Assembly: GCF_963921235.1 (NCBI RefSeq)
Contig: NC_086108.1
Span: 39,186,001 to 39,250,000 of the forward strand
Direction of reading: 5' to 3'
Source of the DNA: Mobula hypostoma
Taxonomy: Eukaryota
Length of the DNA stretch: 64,000 nt
Part shown: in pieces, positions 26,929 to 40,169 of the stretch
Layout of the letters: every line of letters starts with the position of its first letter
Numbering within the stretch: position 1 is the stretch's first letter
Translations under genes and position numbers: made by a program
The notes under the pieces: model-generated
Seen by the model: only the letters and a program-made list of their open reading frames with translations
What the model was told of the DNA's origin: nothing
Databases searched by the model: none

Positions 26929-29900
26929 CATAACTAATAAATCTTTTAGTTGGTTGAGGATATTCAGGGAGATGAAAATGATGTGGAAAGATGGAGTTAA
27001 GATTCAGTTATGATTTAACCCAAAGGTGGAAAAGCTTCAGAGGGCTGAATGGCTTGCTCCTGATCTATCCCAATGTCACCGGTCAATAGATGTGATCAAC
27101 CTTTTTTAGTTCTGCTGCTGACAATAACTTTAAAAAATTACTGCAATTAGAGTTACGATATAATATTCTGGAGATCCATCACAACTTCTCTTACTTGTCC
27201 ACCAACCAAAATTATGGCCGTGGGGGGGATGCATGCTTGGAAAGAAATTAAGGCACATGAGAAAGGAATTGCACTACAAAGCAATGAAATCAATATTAAA
27301 ATAAGGCACCTGTCATTAATCAAACAAAACATTTTTTTAAAATATTGCTCTATCTGCTATAATTGCTTTAGGTTACATGTGAGAGATCTGTTCAGTGACT
27401 TCATTCATCTCTGCCTTGTCATAGCTACCTAGGAAAAACTATTATATTATGAAAAAGTTAATCATGTTTCAAACCTGGTCTCTGAAGTCCTCTGGGAACT
27501 TCCAAGCAACCACTGGATCTGTAAATAATTGACAGACAGTATTAATCAGCTGTGAGGGAATAAAACCTGGCACAGTCAGACTACATTAATATTAAAACAG
27601 TTGCTAGTTTCAACTTTTCAGGCAAATACTGAAGCAGTCTTCCAAAAATCACTGCACAGTATGTCTACATTTCTACTTACAGCACAACTCCTTTGTATTT
27701 AACATCTTTTATTCAAGTTGCTTCAGGTATATTAATAAAACAAAGAACAACTTGTTCTGTATTTTAGAGCAAAGATGATTTAATTACAAAAATTCTAATT
27801 TTCAGTAAAATGTAAAAGCTTAAATGTGAATTTGCAGGCTGTTCTATAAATATATCTTATAGAGAACCATAATATAGTACAGAACAAGCCGCAGCCTTCA
27901 ATCGTCATAGACCAAATCAAATGTGCCTGTCATGGCCAGAAATTTACTGGGAAATGCCTGCAGTTGCAACTAAAACTGCCCACATTTCTCACTTCAATCA
28001 CCATGAAATACAGGAATACTGAGTGAAAGCACACCTCCTGAATTCTCTGACTGCTCTTTGCTAGTGATTCTGTATTGTGTGTTGGCATCAAACTCCACTT
28101 GCAGTGGAAAGATGCGATGGCAGGGCATAAACTTGCAGGAGTCCTCCAGACCACAGGATCTGCATTTGATTGGAGTAGGAACATCACGTCTATTTGAGCT
28201 GATGGATAGCAGTTGTTACAAGGGATCACGGTGGGTACAAGATAATATAAGATATTTTTTCTGAATGTTTAGAAGCACATTGCATTTGCTTTTAAATTAT
28301 TGCCATATTTAAAACTTGAAAAATTCTTCAATTGAATTTTAATCGTTCTCCATAACCTTTGAATACTTCTAAATTTCAGAAAAATTCCAAGTCACTGACG
28401 GGTTTGACAGTTGTCCAAGCCGAGGGGCCCAAGAATGTTTAGAAGCACTCTATAGATCAAGCAGCATCAGGAGGGAACAAAACTCAGGTCATGTTTCTTT
28501 CCACAGATTTCAAAACAAACATGTTTAGAAGTTGCAGAAGGAAAAAGTGGCAGAAAATGAGGGAATGTCTATCAGAGGTTGCAGACCAAAACTGTTATTG
28601 CAATATCATTGCCAAAGTCACTTTGATAAATTTATCTGCATCCTAAAGATATTTACTCACTTTCCTCTACCTCTACCCCTATCTGTAAAATAAAATACGC
28701 TTATGTTCGCCAATGTAATGATGGGTCATTGATCAGAAATATCAAACTCATTACTGTCTCCAATGATGTTGCTTGCCCACTCAGTGCTTCCATAGGGGAG
28801 GAACGTCAAACGTTCCTTCCATAAGGTTTTGATTTTCTATCAACTTAGTCCTGTTCTGCAGCATGGGGATAGATGTTGCTCACCCCAATGTAATGCCAAG
28901 CTCCTATTGCTGTTTAGGGGTTCACCATTTTGAATCAGAGTAGCTTCAGCAGCAAGTCAACATAGATACATCTAGATAAGGGAAGTCTGCATTTATCACA
29001 AAGGATCGTGACGAGTAGGGTTGTTTCCCACTGCTAACAGGTTCTAGCCATTATATCAATAATACTTAGAAAAGGGACTGCCTTCATTCTTTTCTTTTTA
29101 AATCACACATACCGACACAAAAAAACCCTGTGGTTCCAAAGAAGCAGAGCATTGACAAAAGTTTTTGCTCCACAAGCAATGAAGATTTAAGTAGTACAGC
29201 CAAAATTCGCCAACATGAAATCCCAATTTTAACTCCTCTGGAATTAGAAAATTAGTTCACACCTAAAATTGGGGGGGGAAAGAAATCATATTATATATTT
29301 AACAATACATATACCAGAGATGATCTACTACTTCATTCAAGCCAAACATGACCTTCAGTATTTTTATGTGGGCGCGTAGCTCTGTGAAAATAAAAAGGTG
29401 TTAGTTTATGAGGCAAGACACATACTGTGGCTTTGAACCAATGGGCCCCAAGACATCCTGTATGTCATTATAGACAGCAGTGTGAGAGCCCACATTTGAA
29501 GTGCCTCCGCAAACCCCAAACATGTGCAAGGAAGTTCATTTACAAAAATTGCTGGACATCAGATGTAGCTTGAGCTCCAAAATGTCCAATGAAAACACTC
29601 AGTAAACAAAAAAATGAACATTAGTAACATACCATATAAAATGGATTCCACAAACGACAAGAAGAGGGCAGAAATGTAAACACTAATACTGAAAATCAAG
29701 GCTCTTCATGGCAATTTGCACGTGACTTTCATCCATCCACAAAATGTAAATGGAGACACAGCTTTAAAATAATTTTCCATGCAGTTGCACAACTGATCAA
29801 ATTTATGACCTGTTCTAAACAAATAATAAAAATGTTTTACACTGAACCACAAAACAAATGCACTAATTAATCTTTCATATCGCCATTGCAAAGTTGCACC

Positions 29901-32667
29901 ATCAGTGTACACAGATGTCTTACATGCTGTGACAATTGTCTGACTTTAACTTCAATGACAACGATCTGTTCTCAAATAATCAATTAAAAAACTGACCACT
30001 TTGCTATGCTATAAATTAGATTAAGCAGTTGAATTATTTACTTGTACAAGAAAGAAAGAAGTGTGTCTCAGTACATTTACACTATTATTTCAAACATCAG
30101 TATTTTGCCATGATATATTTGGTATTCTGTGTTATTTGTCAAAGCTCTCAACACATGCAGCTGAACTTGCCTTTATTCTGTCAGTGTGCATTCACAACAA
30201 TGGCCAAAAATATTCCATCTCCCATAAGCAATTAACTATCCAGAAATGCAAAAAAAAATCTAAACAAAGCTAATCACTCAGGTGAGGAGAAGATAATTAT
30301 GTAACTAAGTTGAATTATCAACACTGAACACTGCACTTGGTGGAGCTGGTTTCCTGAACAACATTTTCCAATCATAGGATACTCTGACAAAAGAGACTAA
30401 ACTCCTTTGCTTTTAAGCACCCACTCCAGCCTATGTAATGCACAGCCAAGTGGTTCTGTGGATGATGATTACCCCAGTTCTGTATCTGCAAAACTGAATA
30501 CCATCAATTTTAGGTGAATGTGAGGGTACTATAAAACCCTGCAAACACAGGCATCAAATATAGTTAAGGCTCTTAGTAAAAGGAAACTTGTACCACTCGT
30601 GTCTAAGGGAGTAATATCCTTCTGGTGTTCACAGCGCACATTCACTCCTAACATCATTTTTCAGATTCTGAATCACAATGAAGTGCCTATGCCAAATACC
30701 TCTAAATTAAAAGTTGAACCAATGTATAAATCTGAAGAGGGTGTTTCTCCCCCTGCAATGCAATCAGTGATGCACAGAAGTGAATTATTTATAGCACTAG
30801 AGGATAACTCTAATAAACTTCTTCACATTTCAAAACTGGTGCTGGGTAACTTTCACCAAAGCTGAAGAACTACAAGGAACCATTGGCCACTACCATCAAC
30901 CCAAGAATTATAACAGTTGCTGCTGACAGGTTAATAGACTTAGTTAATTGCAGCAATCTCAGAGTTTTATTTCAATGGCCATAAAAGTGGTGGTAGAATA
31001 TGCACCAGTATGTAAAGTGCAACTGCTCTGTAAACAACTATATCTTCATAAACTATCACAATTCTGCCAAATTTATGTACAGTACAATAGAACAAACATG
31101 CATAATTTTATCCCCAGAAGTATTAACATGCAAATTCATATCTATGTTCAATGAACAACAAAATTTCTCCTTGGCACACAAGCAATTGCGCAATATTTCA
31201 CTGTTTGCTTTAAAAATATTGAAAGCAAATCTGTCTTCAATAAGTGCCAGCTAATGATGAAGTTACAAAACAATGTAACATCACCAAGATATTAGATCTC
31301 ACTAGTGGAACATCTCATAGAGCTCCTTCTATAATTATTCTTAAGTGAAGTCACTGCCAATGCCATAGGAAAAGAGTAGTTTTATGACTGTTACAAAATA
31401 AAGAACTACAAATAAAAATGTAATAAAAACAAAGTAATAAGATAATAAATCTGTAATTATTTTATTACTAAATACAATGAATATCTGTAAATCATGACTG
31501 TCAAAACACACCCTATATACTTTGCTGCATGTTATTTTGAAAAAGAAATGTTGCCAAAGACAGCAGAATAATGCGGTGATTTAACACTTCATTTACAGGC
31601 ATGGTATATTTAAAAATACAACAGCTTTCCATGAGAAAGTCATTTGGATGTTACACTCACATGATATTGTATGAACCTCTAACTTTATAACAGCAACAGG
31701 ATCTGAACAAACTGATTAACATGGCCAATTTGTTTGAGTGCAGTGATCATCTCAACCTGCCAAAGTGGCAAAGTCTTCCAGTGCTATTTACTTGTTGTGT
31801 GACACATGTAATATCAGCTTCCTAATTATTCTACCCATGTCATGCAACCCTATGTGATGTGTAACATGCCTGGTGTGTGAAGGCAAAGGATACAAACAAA
31901 ATATCTTTAAATAACCTGGTTCAATATTCCCAGAGACTTGTTGTCAAGAAGGACTACTGTAGGTCTACTGTTGCTGTGAGAACCATCAGTTTATTAGACT
32001 GCACTGGTTCTCCTCTGGCATGTTATTTTCAATGAGGCACTCCAATAGCATGGTGCCCTCTACAGGACATTTAGAATCTATGAGGCAATCAAGTGTGTAC
32101 CTCCCTAACTGATTCCTTCAGTTAAAATAGTGAATTTATTACCCAATCAGATATAAAAAAAACAATTTAAAGGAAAGAAAACAACGTTAGTTGAATTGAA
32201 AGTAATTTTTTCAAAGTAATTCCCAATTTTTGAAATCAGCGGACATACTTGGAGTCATAGAATCAGAATCAGAAAGAGGTTTATCATCACTGACATATGT
32301 TGTGAAATCTGTTGTGCTGTGGGAGCAGTGCAGCGCAAGGCATAAACAAATTACTCTGAGTTATATTTAAAAGAATCATCAATAAGTATGAGGAAGAGTG
32401 AAGTAATGTTCATGGAGCATTCAGAAAGTTGATGGTGCCCAACAGGTCCATGCCAACCAAGTTTCCCACCTAAGTTAGTCCCATTTGCCCACATTTGGTC
32501 CATGTTGCTCTCAAACTTTCATTTTCATGTAGCTGTACGTGTTTTTTTTTAAGTACTATTAGTGTACTTTGCTCAAACACGTCACCTGGCATCTCATTCC
32601 ATACTTTAAATAAACAGAATTTCATACATGGTTTGTGATAAAACATATCAACTGCTCCCTGAGAAGT

Positions 32668-34020
32668 AATTTGGATCCACTCCCAATGCCTACCAGAACA
32701 ACAGGTCCACAGCAGATGCCATCTCTTTGGCTCTTCATTCAACCATAGAACATCTGGACAACATAGATGCATATATTAGGATGTTCTTTACTGACTACTG
32801 CTCAGCATTTAATACCATCATCCCCTCAAAGCTAATCAATAAGCTTCAAGACCTTGGCTTCTATACTTCCTTGTGCAATTGGATCCTCGGTTTCCTAATT
32901 GCAGACGCCAGTCAGTTCGTATTGGCAACAACATCTCCAGCTCTCCATCAGCACAGGTGAACCACAGGACTGTGTGCTTAGCCCCTTGCTCTACATTCTA
33001 TATACTTAAGACTGTAAGTCAAAGCACAGTTCCAATGCCATATTTAAGTTTACTGACTACACCATTGTCATTGGGAGAAAGAATCAAAGGTGATGACTAA
33101 TCAGCATATAGGAGGGAGATTGAAAATCTGGCTGAGTAGTGCCACAACAACCTCTCAGTCAATGTCAGCAAAACCGAGGAGCTGATTAGTGACCTCAGGA
33201 GGAGGAAACCAGAGTCCATGAGTCAGTCCACATCCGGAAATCAGACATGGAGAGGATCAGCAACTTTAAATTCCTTGGTGTTATCATTTCAGAGGATCGG
33301 TCCTGGGCCTAGCAAGTAAGTACAATTATGAAGAAAGCCTCTGCTTCCTTAGAAGTTTGCAAAGATTTGTCATGACATCTAAAATGTTCACAAACTGTTG
33401 TAGAAGTGTGGTGGAGAGTATACTAACTGGTTGCATTCCTGTATGGTACGGAAACACCAGTGCGCTTGAACTGAAAATCTTATAAAAAGTAGTGGATATG
33501 ACCCAATTTATCACGGGTAAAGCCCTCTCCAGCACTGAGCACATCTACATGGAGCACTGTTGGAGGAAAGCAGCATCCATCGTCAAGGACCCCCACCACA
33601 TAGGACCTGCTCCTTTTTCACTACTGCATCAGGAAGAAAATACAGGAGCCTCAGGGCCCACACCACCCAGTTCATTATTACCCTTCAACCCTTAGGCTCA
33701 TGAACCAGTGGGGATAGCTTCACTTAACTTCATTCCTCCCATCACTGAACTGTTTCCACAACTTATGGACTCACATCTCAAGTTCTTGATATTTGTAGCT
33801 TATTATTTATTAATATTATTTCTTCTTTCTCTTCTTTTGGTTTGCACAGTTTTTTGTCTTTTGCATGTTGGTTTTTGGTCCATCCTGTTGGGTATGGCCT
33901 TTCATTGATTCAATTATGTTTCTTGGATTTACTGAGCATTCCTGCAAGAAAACTAATCTCAGGGTTTAATACGGTGAAATATATGTGTTCTGATAATAAA
34001 TTCACTTTGAAATTTTGAAC
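32668..34020 (+). mobile_element. 5'-truncated Rex1/Babar-like LINE (family B)
   Basis: ORF 32727-32960 ([35 protein letters not shown]). Tail gataataaattcactttgaaattttgaac. Confidence 0.9.
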
Positions 34021-34384
34021 CCACCGCACACCCTAAAACAATGTGTTCCTCAGACAAATCCAGATTTCTACATTTATGTTCCCATTCTGTTTGATGCCCA
34101 ATTTGTGAAATACTGAAAATGTTGTTAACCTCACCATTATTTCTGCAACTAACTACCAAAAAGCTGCTTACTTGCAAAATTTTGCATTGACTTATGAGCA
34201 ATTTGCAACATATGGTGAGTATTTTCCTCAACGATTGTTTATTCAAGTACACATGATTATTGTGTACAGTCAAGTACCATGTTCCCAGCAAATTTTAGGC
34301 CATTGCACCCAATTAGAACACTCCAGTTAGCAAGCCAATCAATCATACTGTACACAAGTTATTTATTGTGAATATACACGGAAT

Positions 34385-34851
34385 GTATGACTGTGGTCTT
34401 CTGCTGCTGTTGCCCATCCACTTCAAGGTTTGACATATAGTGCATTCAGAGATGCTCTTCTGCACACCACTGTTACAACAAATGGTTATCTGAGTTACTG
34501 TTGACCTCCTTTCAACTTGAACCAGTCTGGCAATGTTCCTCTGACTGCAGTGGTTTTCATCCACATTGCCACTCACTGAATGATTTTTTTTTGTTTTATT
34601 GCACCATTCTCTGTAACCTTTAGAGACTGTTGTCTCTCTGATCCGCTGAGAACCAAGAGATCAGCAGATTGTGAGATACTCAAACCACCTCATCTATTCT
34701 TCTCCATTCTGATGTTCGGGGTGAACAATTGAATCTCTTGACCATGCTTGAATGCTTTGATGTATTGAGTTGTTGCCACATGATTGGCTAATTAGATATT
34801 TGCATTAACGAACAGGTACTTAGGTGTAGCTAATAAATTGGCCATTGAGTG
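34385..34851 (-). mobile_element. Tc1 deletion derivative, second copy; only one end recognisable
   Basis: TIR aataaattggccattgagtg followed by TA. ORF 34343-34576 ARLVQVERRSTVTQIT...GVQKSISECTICQTLKWMG.SSRRP is a Tc1 HTH remnant. Confidence 0.8.
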
Positions 34852-34949
34852 TACCAGGGAACTGTATATATGGCTAGAGAATAGGCTAAAATTTTTGTAT
34901 GTTATTGCATTAAAATATGTTGGAGGCTTTCATAAAAATTAAGAATTTT

Positions 34950-36363
34950 GAGATTTGAGCTCTCAGATAACTTTTACCAAGGTCTCAGACCTTAATTAGC
35001 TTGTTAGGGCAATGGCTTGTTCACAGTCATCGTTAGGAAAGGCCAGGTGATGCAAATTTCAAAGCTTTATAAATACCCTGACTCGTCAAACTTTGTCCCA
35101 ACATTCAGCAGCCATGGGCTCCTCTAAGCAGCTGCCTAGCACTCTGAAAATTAAAATAAATGATGCCCATAAAGCAGGAGAAGGCTATAAGAAGATAGCA
35201 AAGCGTTTTCAGGTAGCTGCTTCCTCAGTTCATAATGTACGTTTGTAATTAAGAAATGGAAGTTAACAGGAATGGTGGAGGTCAAGTTGAGGTCTGGACA
35301 ACCAAGAAAACTTTCCAAGAGAACTGCTCGTAGGATTGCTAGAAAAGCAAATCAAAACCCCCGTTTGACTGCAAAAGACCTTCAGGAAGATTTAGCAGAC
35401 TCTGGAGTGGTGGTACACTGTTCTAGTATGCAGCGACACCTGCACAAATATGACCTTCCTGGAAGAATCATCAGAAGAAAACCTTTCCTGCGTCCTCACT
35501 ACAAAATTCAGCATCAGAAGTTTGCAAAGGAACATCTAAATAAGCCTGATGCATTTTGGAAACAAGTCCTGTGAACTGATGAAGTTAAAATAGAACTTAT
35601 TGGCTGCAATGAGCAAAGGTATGTTTGGAGAAAAAAGGTACAGAATTTCATGAAAAGAACTGCTCTCCAACTGTTAAGCACGGGGGTGGATCGATCATGC
35701 TTTGGGCTTGTGTTGCAGCCACCAGCACGGGGAACGTTTCACTGGTAGTGGGAAGAATTAATTCAATTAAGTACCAGCAAATTCTGGAAGCAAACATCAC
35801 ACTGTCTGTAAAAAAGCTGAAGATGAAAAGAGGATGGCTTCTACAACAGGATAATGATCCTAAACACACCTCAAACTCCACAATGGACTACCTTAAGAGG
35901 CACAAGCTGAAGATTTTGCCATGGCCCTCACAGTCCCTTGACCTGAACATCATCGAAAATCTGTGGATAGACCTCAAAAGAGCAGTGCGTGCAAGACAGC
36001 CCAAGAATCTCACACAACTAGAAGCCTTTTGCAAGGAAGAATGGGCGAAAATCCCTCAAACAAGAATTAAAAGACTCTTAGCTGGCTGCAGAAAGCATTT
36101 ACAAGCTGTGATACTTGCCAATGGGGGTGTTACTAAGTACTGACCATTCAGGGTGCCCAAACTTTTGCTTCAGGCCCTTTTCCATTTTTGTTATTTTGAA
36201 ACTGTAAAAGATTGAAATAAAAAAGTAATCTTGCTTAAAATATTAAAGAAATGTGTCATCTTTAACTTTATGACTTTTGGAAATCAAGTCATCTTTTACT
36301 CGCTTAGCTATTCACAGTAACAGAAATTTTGACTATGGATACCCAAACTTTTGTCTGCCACTG
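34950..36363 (+). mobile_element. Tc1 (DD34E, IR/DR type) transposon; left TIR not found
   Basis: Right end acccaaacttttgtctgccactg followed by TA. Inner direct repeat gggtgcccaaacttttgc at ~36151. Confidence 0.9.
35114..36143 (+). pseudogene. Tc1 transposase pseudogene
   Basis: MGSSKQL...GEGYKKIAKRF; RSGQPRK; VL*TDEVKIEL; TVKHGGGSIMLW; QQDNDPKHT...DLNIIENLW, with 34 residues between the second D and E. One stop (35572) and two frameshifts (~35240, ~35635). Confidence 0.95.
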
Positions 36364-36364
36364 T

Positions 36365-36700
36365 ATATGTCATGATATACAACCCTATACTTGTGGGCAG
36401 ACTCAATAAATCCATAATAATAGCCATAATAGAATTAATAAAATGCCACACCAACTTGGGTGTTCAATTAGTATGCAAAAAACAACATACCGTGCAAATA
36501 CATATAGAAAGAAGTAATAATAATAAATAAATAAGCAATATATTTCAAGAACATGTGATGAAGAGTCCTAGAAAGTGAGTCCAAAGGTTGTGGGAACATT
36601 TCAGTGATGGGGCAAATAAAGTTGTGTGAAGTCATCCCCTTTGGTTCAAAAGCCTGATGCCTGAGAGGTAATAACTGTTTTTGAACCTGGTAGTGTGAGG
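36365..36700 (-). mobile_element. Rex1-like family B 3' UTR fragment
   Basis: Matches the 3' UTRs at 21046ff and 63110ff (gatgaagagtcc...ggttgtgggaacatttcagtgatggg). Confidence 0.7.
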
Positions 36701-36779
36701 AAATGTGAAACATTTCAGGAAATATCATTCATAATTTCAAAAGAAACTGGTTGAATATTTAAACAAGCAATGTTCTGAC

Positions 36780-38822
36780 AAGAACTGTCCTTTGTTATTC
36801 AAATAACAAGCCATTGGTGACAAAGGACATTAAGGACATCCTGAACGCTAAAAAGAGGGCGTTTAGAGATGGAAATAGGGAGGAGCTGAGGGCAATACAG
36901 AGGGACCTGAAAGCCAGGATCAGGGAGGCTAAAGACAGGTACAGGAGGAAGCTTGAGTGGAAACTCCAGCAGAACAACATGAGAGAGGTCTGAAGGCGGA
37001 TGAGGACCGTCACTGGGTTCCAGCAAACTAGCAACAGAGGAGCTGAAGGCAGTGTGGACAGGGCCAACGAACTTAACCTGTTCTTTAACAGATTTGACAT
37101 TGTGATCCCTGCCCATCCCCCACATGAGCCATCTGTTGTCGGCCCCCAATCAACACATGCTCCACTCTCCCCTCCTATCCCTCCTCACAGTCCCCCACCC
37201 TGCTCTCATGACTATACCCCTTCCCCACACGAAACCACCACGGTGGGCTTCACAGCTGAACAGGTGAGAAGACAGCTGAAACGTCTCAACCCAAGCAAGG
37301 CTGCAGGACCGGATGGTGTCAGTACCAGGGTGCTCAAAGTCTGTGCCCCTCAGCGATGTGGAGTACTTTGCCATGTATTCAACCTGAGCCTGAGGCTCCG
37401 GAGGGTTCCTGTACTGTGGAAGAAGTCCTGCCTCGTCCCTGTGCCGAAGATGCCGCACCCCAGCGGCCTCAATGACTACAGACCGGTGGCATTGACCTCC
37501 CACATCATGAAGACCCTGGAGAGACTTGTTCTGGAGCTGCTCTGGCCTATGGTCAGGCCACAATTAGATCCCCTCCAGTTCGCCTACCAGCCCCGACTAG
37601 GAGTTGAGGATGCCATCATCTACCTGCTGAACCGTGTCTACGCCTACCTGGACAAGCCAGCGAGCACTGTGAGGGTCATGTTTTTTGACTTCTCCAGTGC
37701 GTTCAACACCATCCGCCCTGTTCTGCTGGGGGGGAAGCTGACAGTGATGCAGGTGGATGCTTCCCTGGTATCATGGATTCTTGATTACCTGACTGGCAGA
37801 CCACAGTACATGTGCTTGCAACACTGTGTGTCCGACAGAGTGATCAGCAGCACTAGGGCTCCACAGGAACTGTCTTGTCTCCCTTTCTCTTCACCATTTA
37901 CACCTCAGACTTCAACTACTGCACAGAGTCTTGTGTCATCTTCAGAAGTTTTCGGATGACTCTGCCATAGTTGGACGCATCAGCAAGGGAGATGAGGTTG
38001 AGGACAGGTCTACGGCAGGAAACTTTGTCACATGGTGTGAGCAGAATTATCTGCAGCTTAATGTGAAAAAGACTAAGGAGCTGGTGGTAGACCTGAGGAG
38101 AGCTAAGGTACCGGTGACCCCTGTTTCCATCCAGGGGGTCAGTGTGGACATGGTGGAGGATTACAAATACCTGGGGATACGAATTGACAATAAACTGGAC
38201 TGGTCTAAGAACACTGAGGCTGTCTACAAGAAGGTTCAGAGCCGTCTTTATTTCCTGAGGAGACTGAGGTCCTTTACCATCTGCCGGATGATCTGTCGGA
38301 CGATGCTGAGGATGCTCTATGAGTCTATGGTGGCCAGTGCTATCATGTTTGCTGTTGTGTGCTGGGGCAGCAGGCTGAGGGTAGCAGACACCAACAGAAT
38401 CAACAAACTCATTCGTAAGGCCAGTGATGTTGTGGGGATGGAACTGGACTCTCTCACGGTGGTGTCTGAAAAGAGGATGCTGTCTAAGTTGCATGCCATC
38501 TTGGTCAATGTCTCCCATCCACTACATAATGTACTGGGTGGGCACAGGAATACATTCAGCCAGAGACTCATTACTCTGAGATGCAGCACAGAGCGTCATA
38601 GGAAGTCATTCCTGCCTGTGGCCATCAAACTTTACAACTCCTCCCTTGGAGGGTCAGACACCCTGAGCCGATAGGCTGGTCCTGGACTTATTTCATAATT
38701 TACTGGCATAACTTACATATTACTATTTAACTATTTATCGTTCTATTACTATTTATTATTTATGGTGCAACTGCAACGAAAACCAATTTTCCCCAGGATC
38801 AATAAAGTATGACTATGACTAT
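36780..38822 (+). mobile_element. 5'-truncated Rex1/Babar LINE (young family A), full RT domain but frameshifted
   Basis: ORFs 37000-37959 (KAAGPDG, NDYRPVALTS, DFSSAFNTI) and 37931-38674 (KFSDDSAIVG). (TATGAC)n tail. Highly similar to 10164-11171. Confidence 0.95.
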
Positions 38823-38990
38823 ATTTAATTGAGTGAAAAATTTTAAAAATTATTCATTGGCTACTGCTGGCTGGGACTAAATTAATAACATTTCCTTACA
38901 GCTCGACAAACAACTATAATGCTTGTTCCTCCACTGTATAATTTTATGCTATTGTTGCAGTAAGCAACCAAGAGAATTTACAATTAGTTA

Positions 38991-39366
38991 GAAGTCCTCA
39001 ATGTTGCCATTGCAAGAAAAAGTATCAGCAGCTCTAAGTTTTTGGATGGGGGAAAAAAGTCAACTGGAACAAGAAAAGTTATAGATTATTTTGATACACA
39101 ACACATTCCAATGACACTATTCCAAATGGGATTATCATATTTGATATTACTCATTCATTTAAAAAAATGCGCATCATTATACAAACAGAAAAAAACATTA
39201 CAAGCGCTCAATTAATAGTTAAAATGAAGCATAAATGTCAGTAAGTAGTCTGTAATTCTGCAATCAAATGTCACACATCTTGCAGTAAGTCAGAGATAGC
39301 ATGGTTTCAAAAATAAGAGTATAACAGATGATGATGATACATTGGAAAAAAGAGCAAGGAGTTTTG
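38991..39366 (+). repeat. Left arm of ~375-bp inverted duplication
   Basis: gaagtcctcaatgttgccattgcaagaaaaa...aaaagagcaaggagttttg is the reverse complement of 41206-41573, with scattered mismatches. Confidence 0.95.
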
Positions 39367-39804
39367 TTTCTCCAGGCTAAAAAATCTGACAGAGGTAAAG
39401 CCTGAGGGATAATAACTTGCTATATTTTCAACAAGAGTTGGGGAATTTGATGGGAACTCAAACTGAAGTACAACTTCATTATAATCTTATAACAAAGCAC
39501 CAGTTTGAATAATCCCACAGCAAAATTCGACTTGTTCAATGAAAATTTGTGTCACTGAGTTCAGGACAGAATGAGGTAACTTGTGGTGATGAACGTGTGA
39601 AAGAACTTAGCTAGATCCCTTCACTAGAGAGTTCAGCAAGTCAATCACAACTCTGAAAAACATCACCACCAACAAGCTTGCTTTAGGTAAACCACAAATA
39701 ATACCAAGCAATCCTTGCTGTACACACTCAATTCAAGTAGGTATTTCTTCAGTTTTGTTATCAACCCTTAGTAAATGAAAGCAACTGGACTTGCTGTGCT
39801 GTCT

Positions 39805-39846
39805 AGAAGACGTTTCGCCACTCATGCGAGAGGCTTCTTCAGTTCT
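39805..39846 (-). ncRNA. Minimal type I hammerhead ribozyme (core intact)
   Basis: Minus strand AGAA-CUGAAGA-A-GCCUCUC(GCAU)GAGUGGC-GAAACGUC-UUCU: stem I, core, helix II, GAAA, palindromic ACGU, GUC cleavage triplet. Confidence 0.8.
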
Positions 39847-39904
39847 GATCCATGGTTTAACAGCTTAAAAACTGGAAAAGCCGGTAAACTCCCCACCATG
39901 GATC

Positions 39905-39946
39905 AGAACTGAAGAAGCCGTTCCGATGAGTGGCGAAACATCTTCT
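39905..39946 (+). ncRNA. Minimal hammerhead ribozyme (partly decayed)
   Basis: AGAA-CUGAAGA-A-GCC...GGC-GAAACAUC-UUCU. The ACGU palindrome has mutated to ACAU. Confidence 0.65.
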
Positions 39947-40169
39947 AGATAACACAGGACGCCCAATTGTCTTGATTTATAACTGCTTGATATACAACGA
40001 CCTGGATAACTGAGAACCTTTATAGACATGTCCTCAGTTTTTGGCTGCAAATAACCTTCAATTCCTGTAATAAAAATTTACACGTCATAATACTTTTTGC
40101 TGGTTGCCATAAATATTGAATTTTAAAGTCCAGCATAAAGCCATAGAGAACATATTGATGTGATTACAA

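Larger units (their letters stand above)
39782..40029 (+). mobile_element. Tiny Penelope-type element: pLTR fragment with an inverted 5' copy
   Basis: Inverted arms 39782-39856 and 39895-39969, each holding a hammerhead core. 3' end gacctggataactgagaacctttatagaca resembles fish Penelope termini (from memory). Confidence 0.8.

Noticed and set aside
28263..28450. gaatgtttagaagcac repeated ~170 bp apart
   Set aside because: Only two full copies, no array structure or terminal repeats; not CRISPR and not clearly a TSD.
28787..28824. Small hairpin ggaacgt-caa-acgttcc flanked by cttccata repeats
   Set aside because: Too short to assign; probably a repair scar in a decayed repeat, and bacterial-type terminators do not apply here.
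37150..38589. Long minus-strand ORFs (137, 200 and 90 aa); likewise 10126-10985
   Set aside because: Antisense shadows of the Rex1 RT frame.
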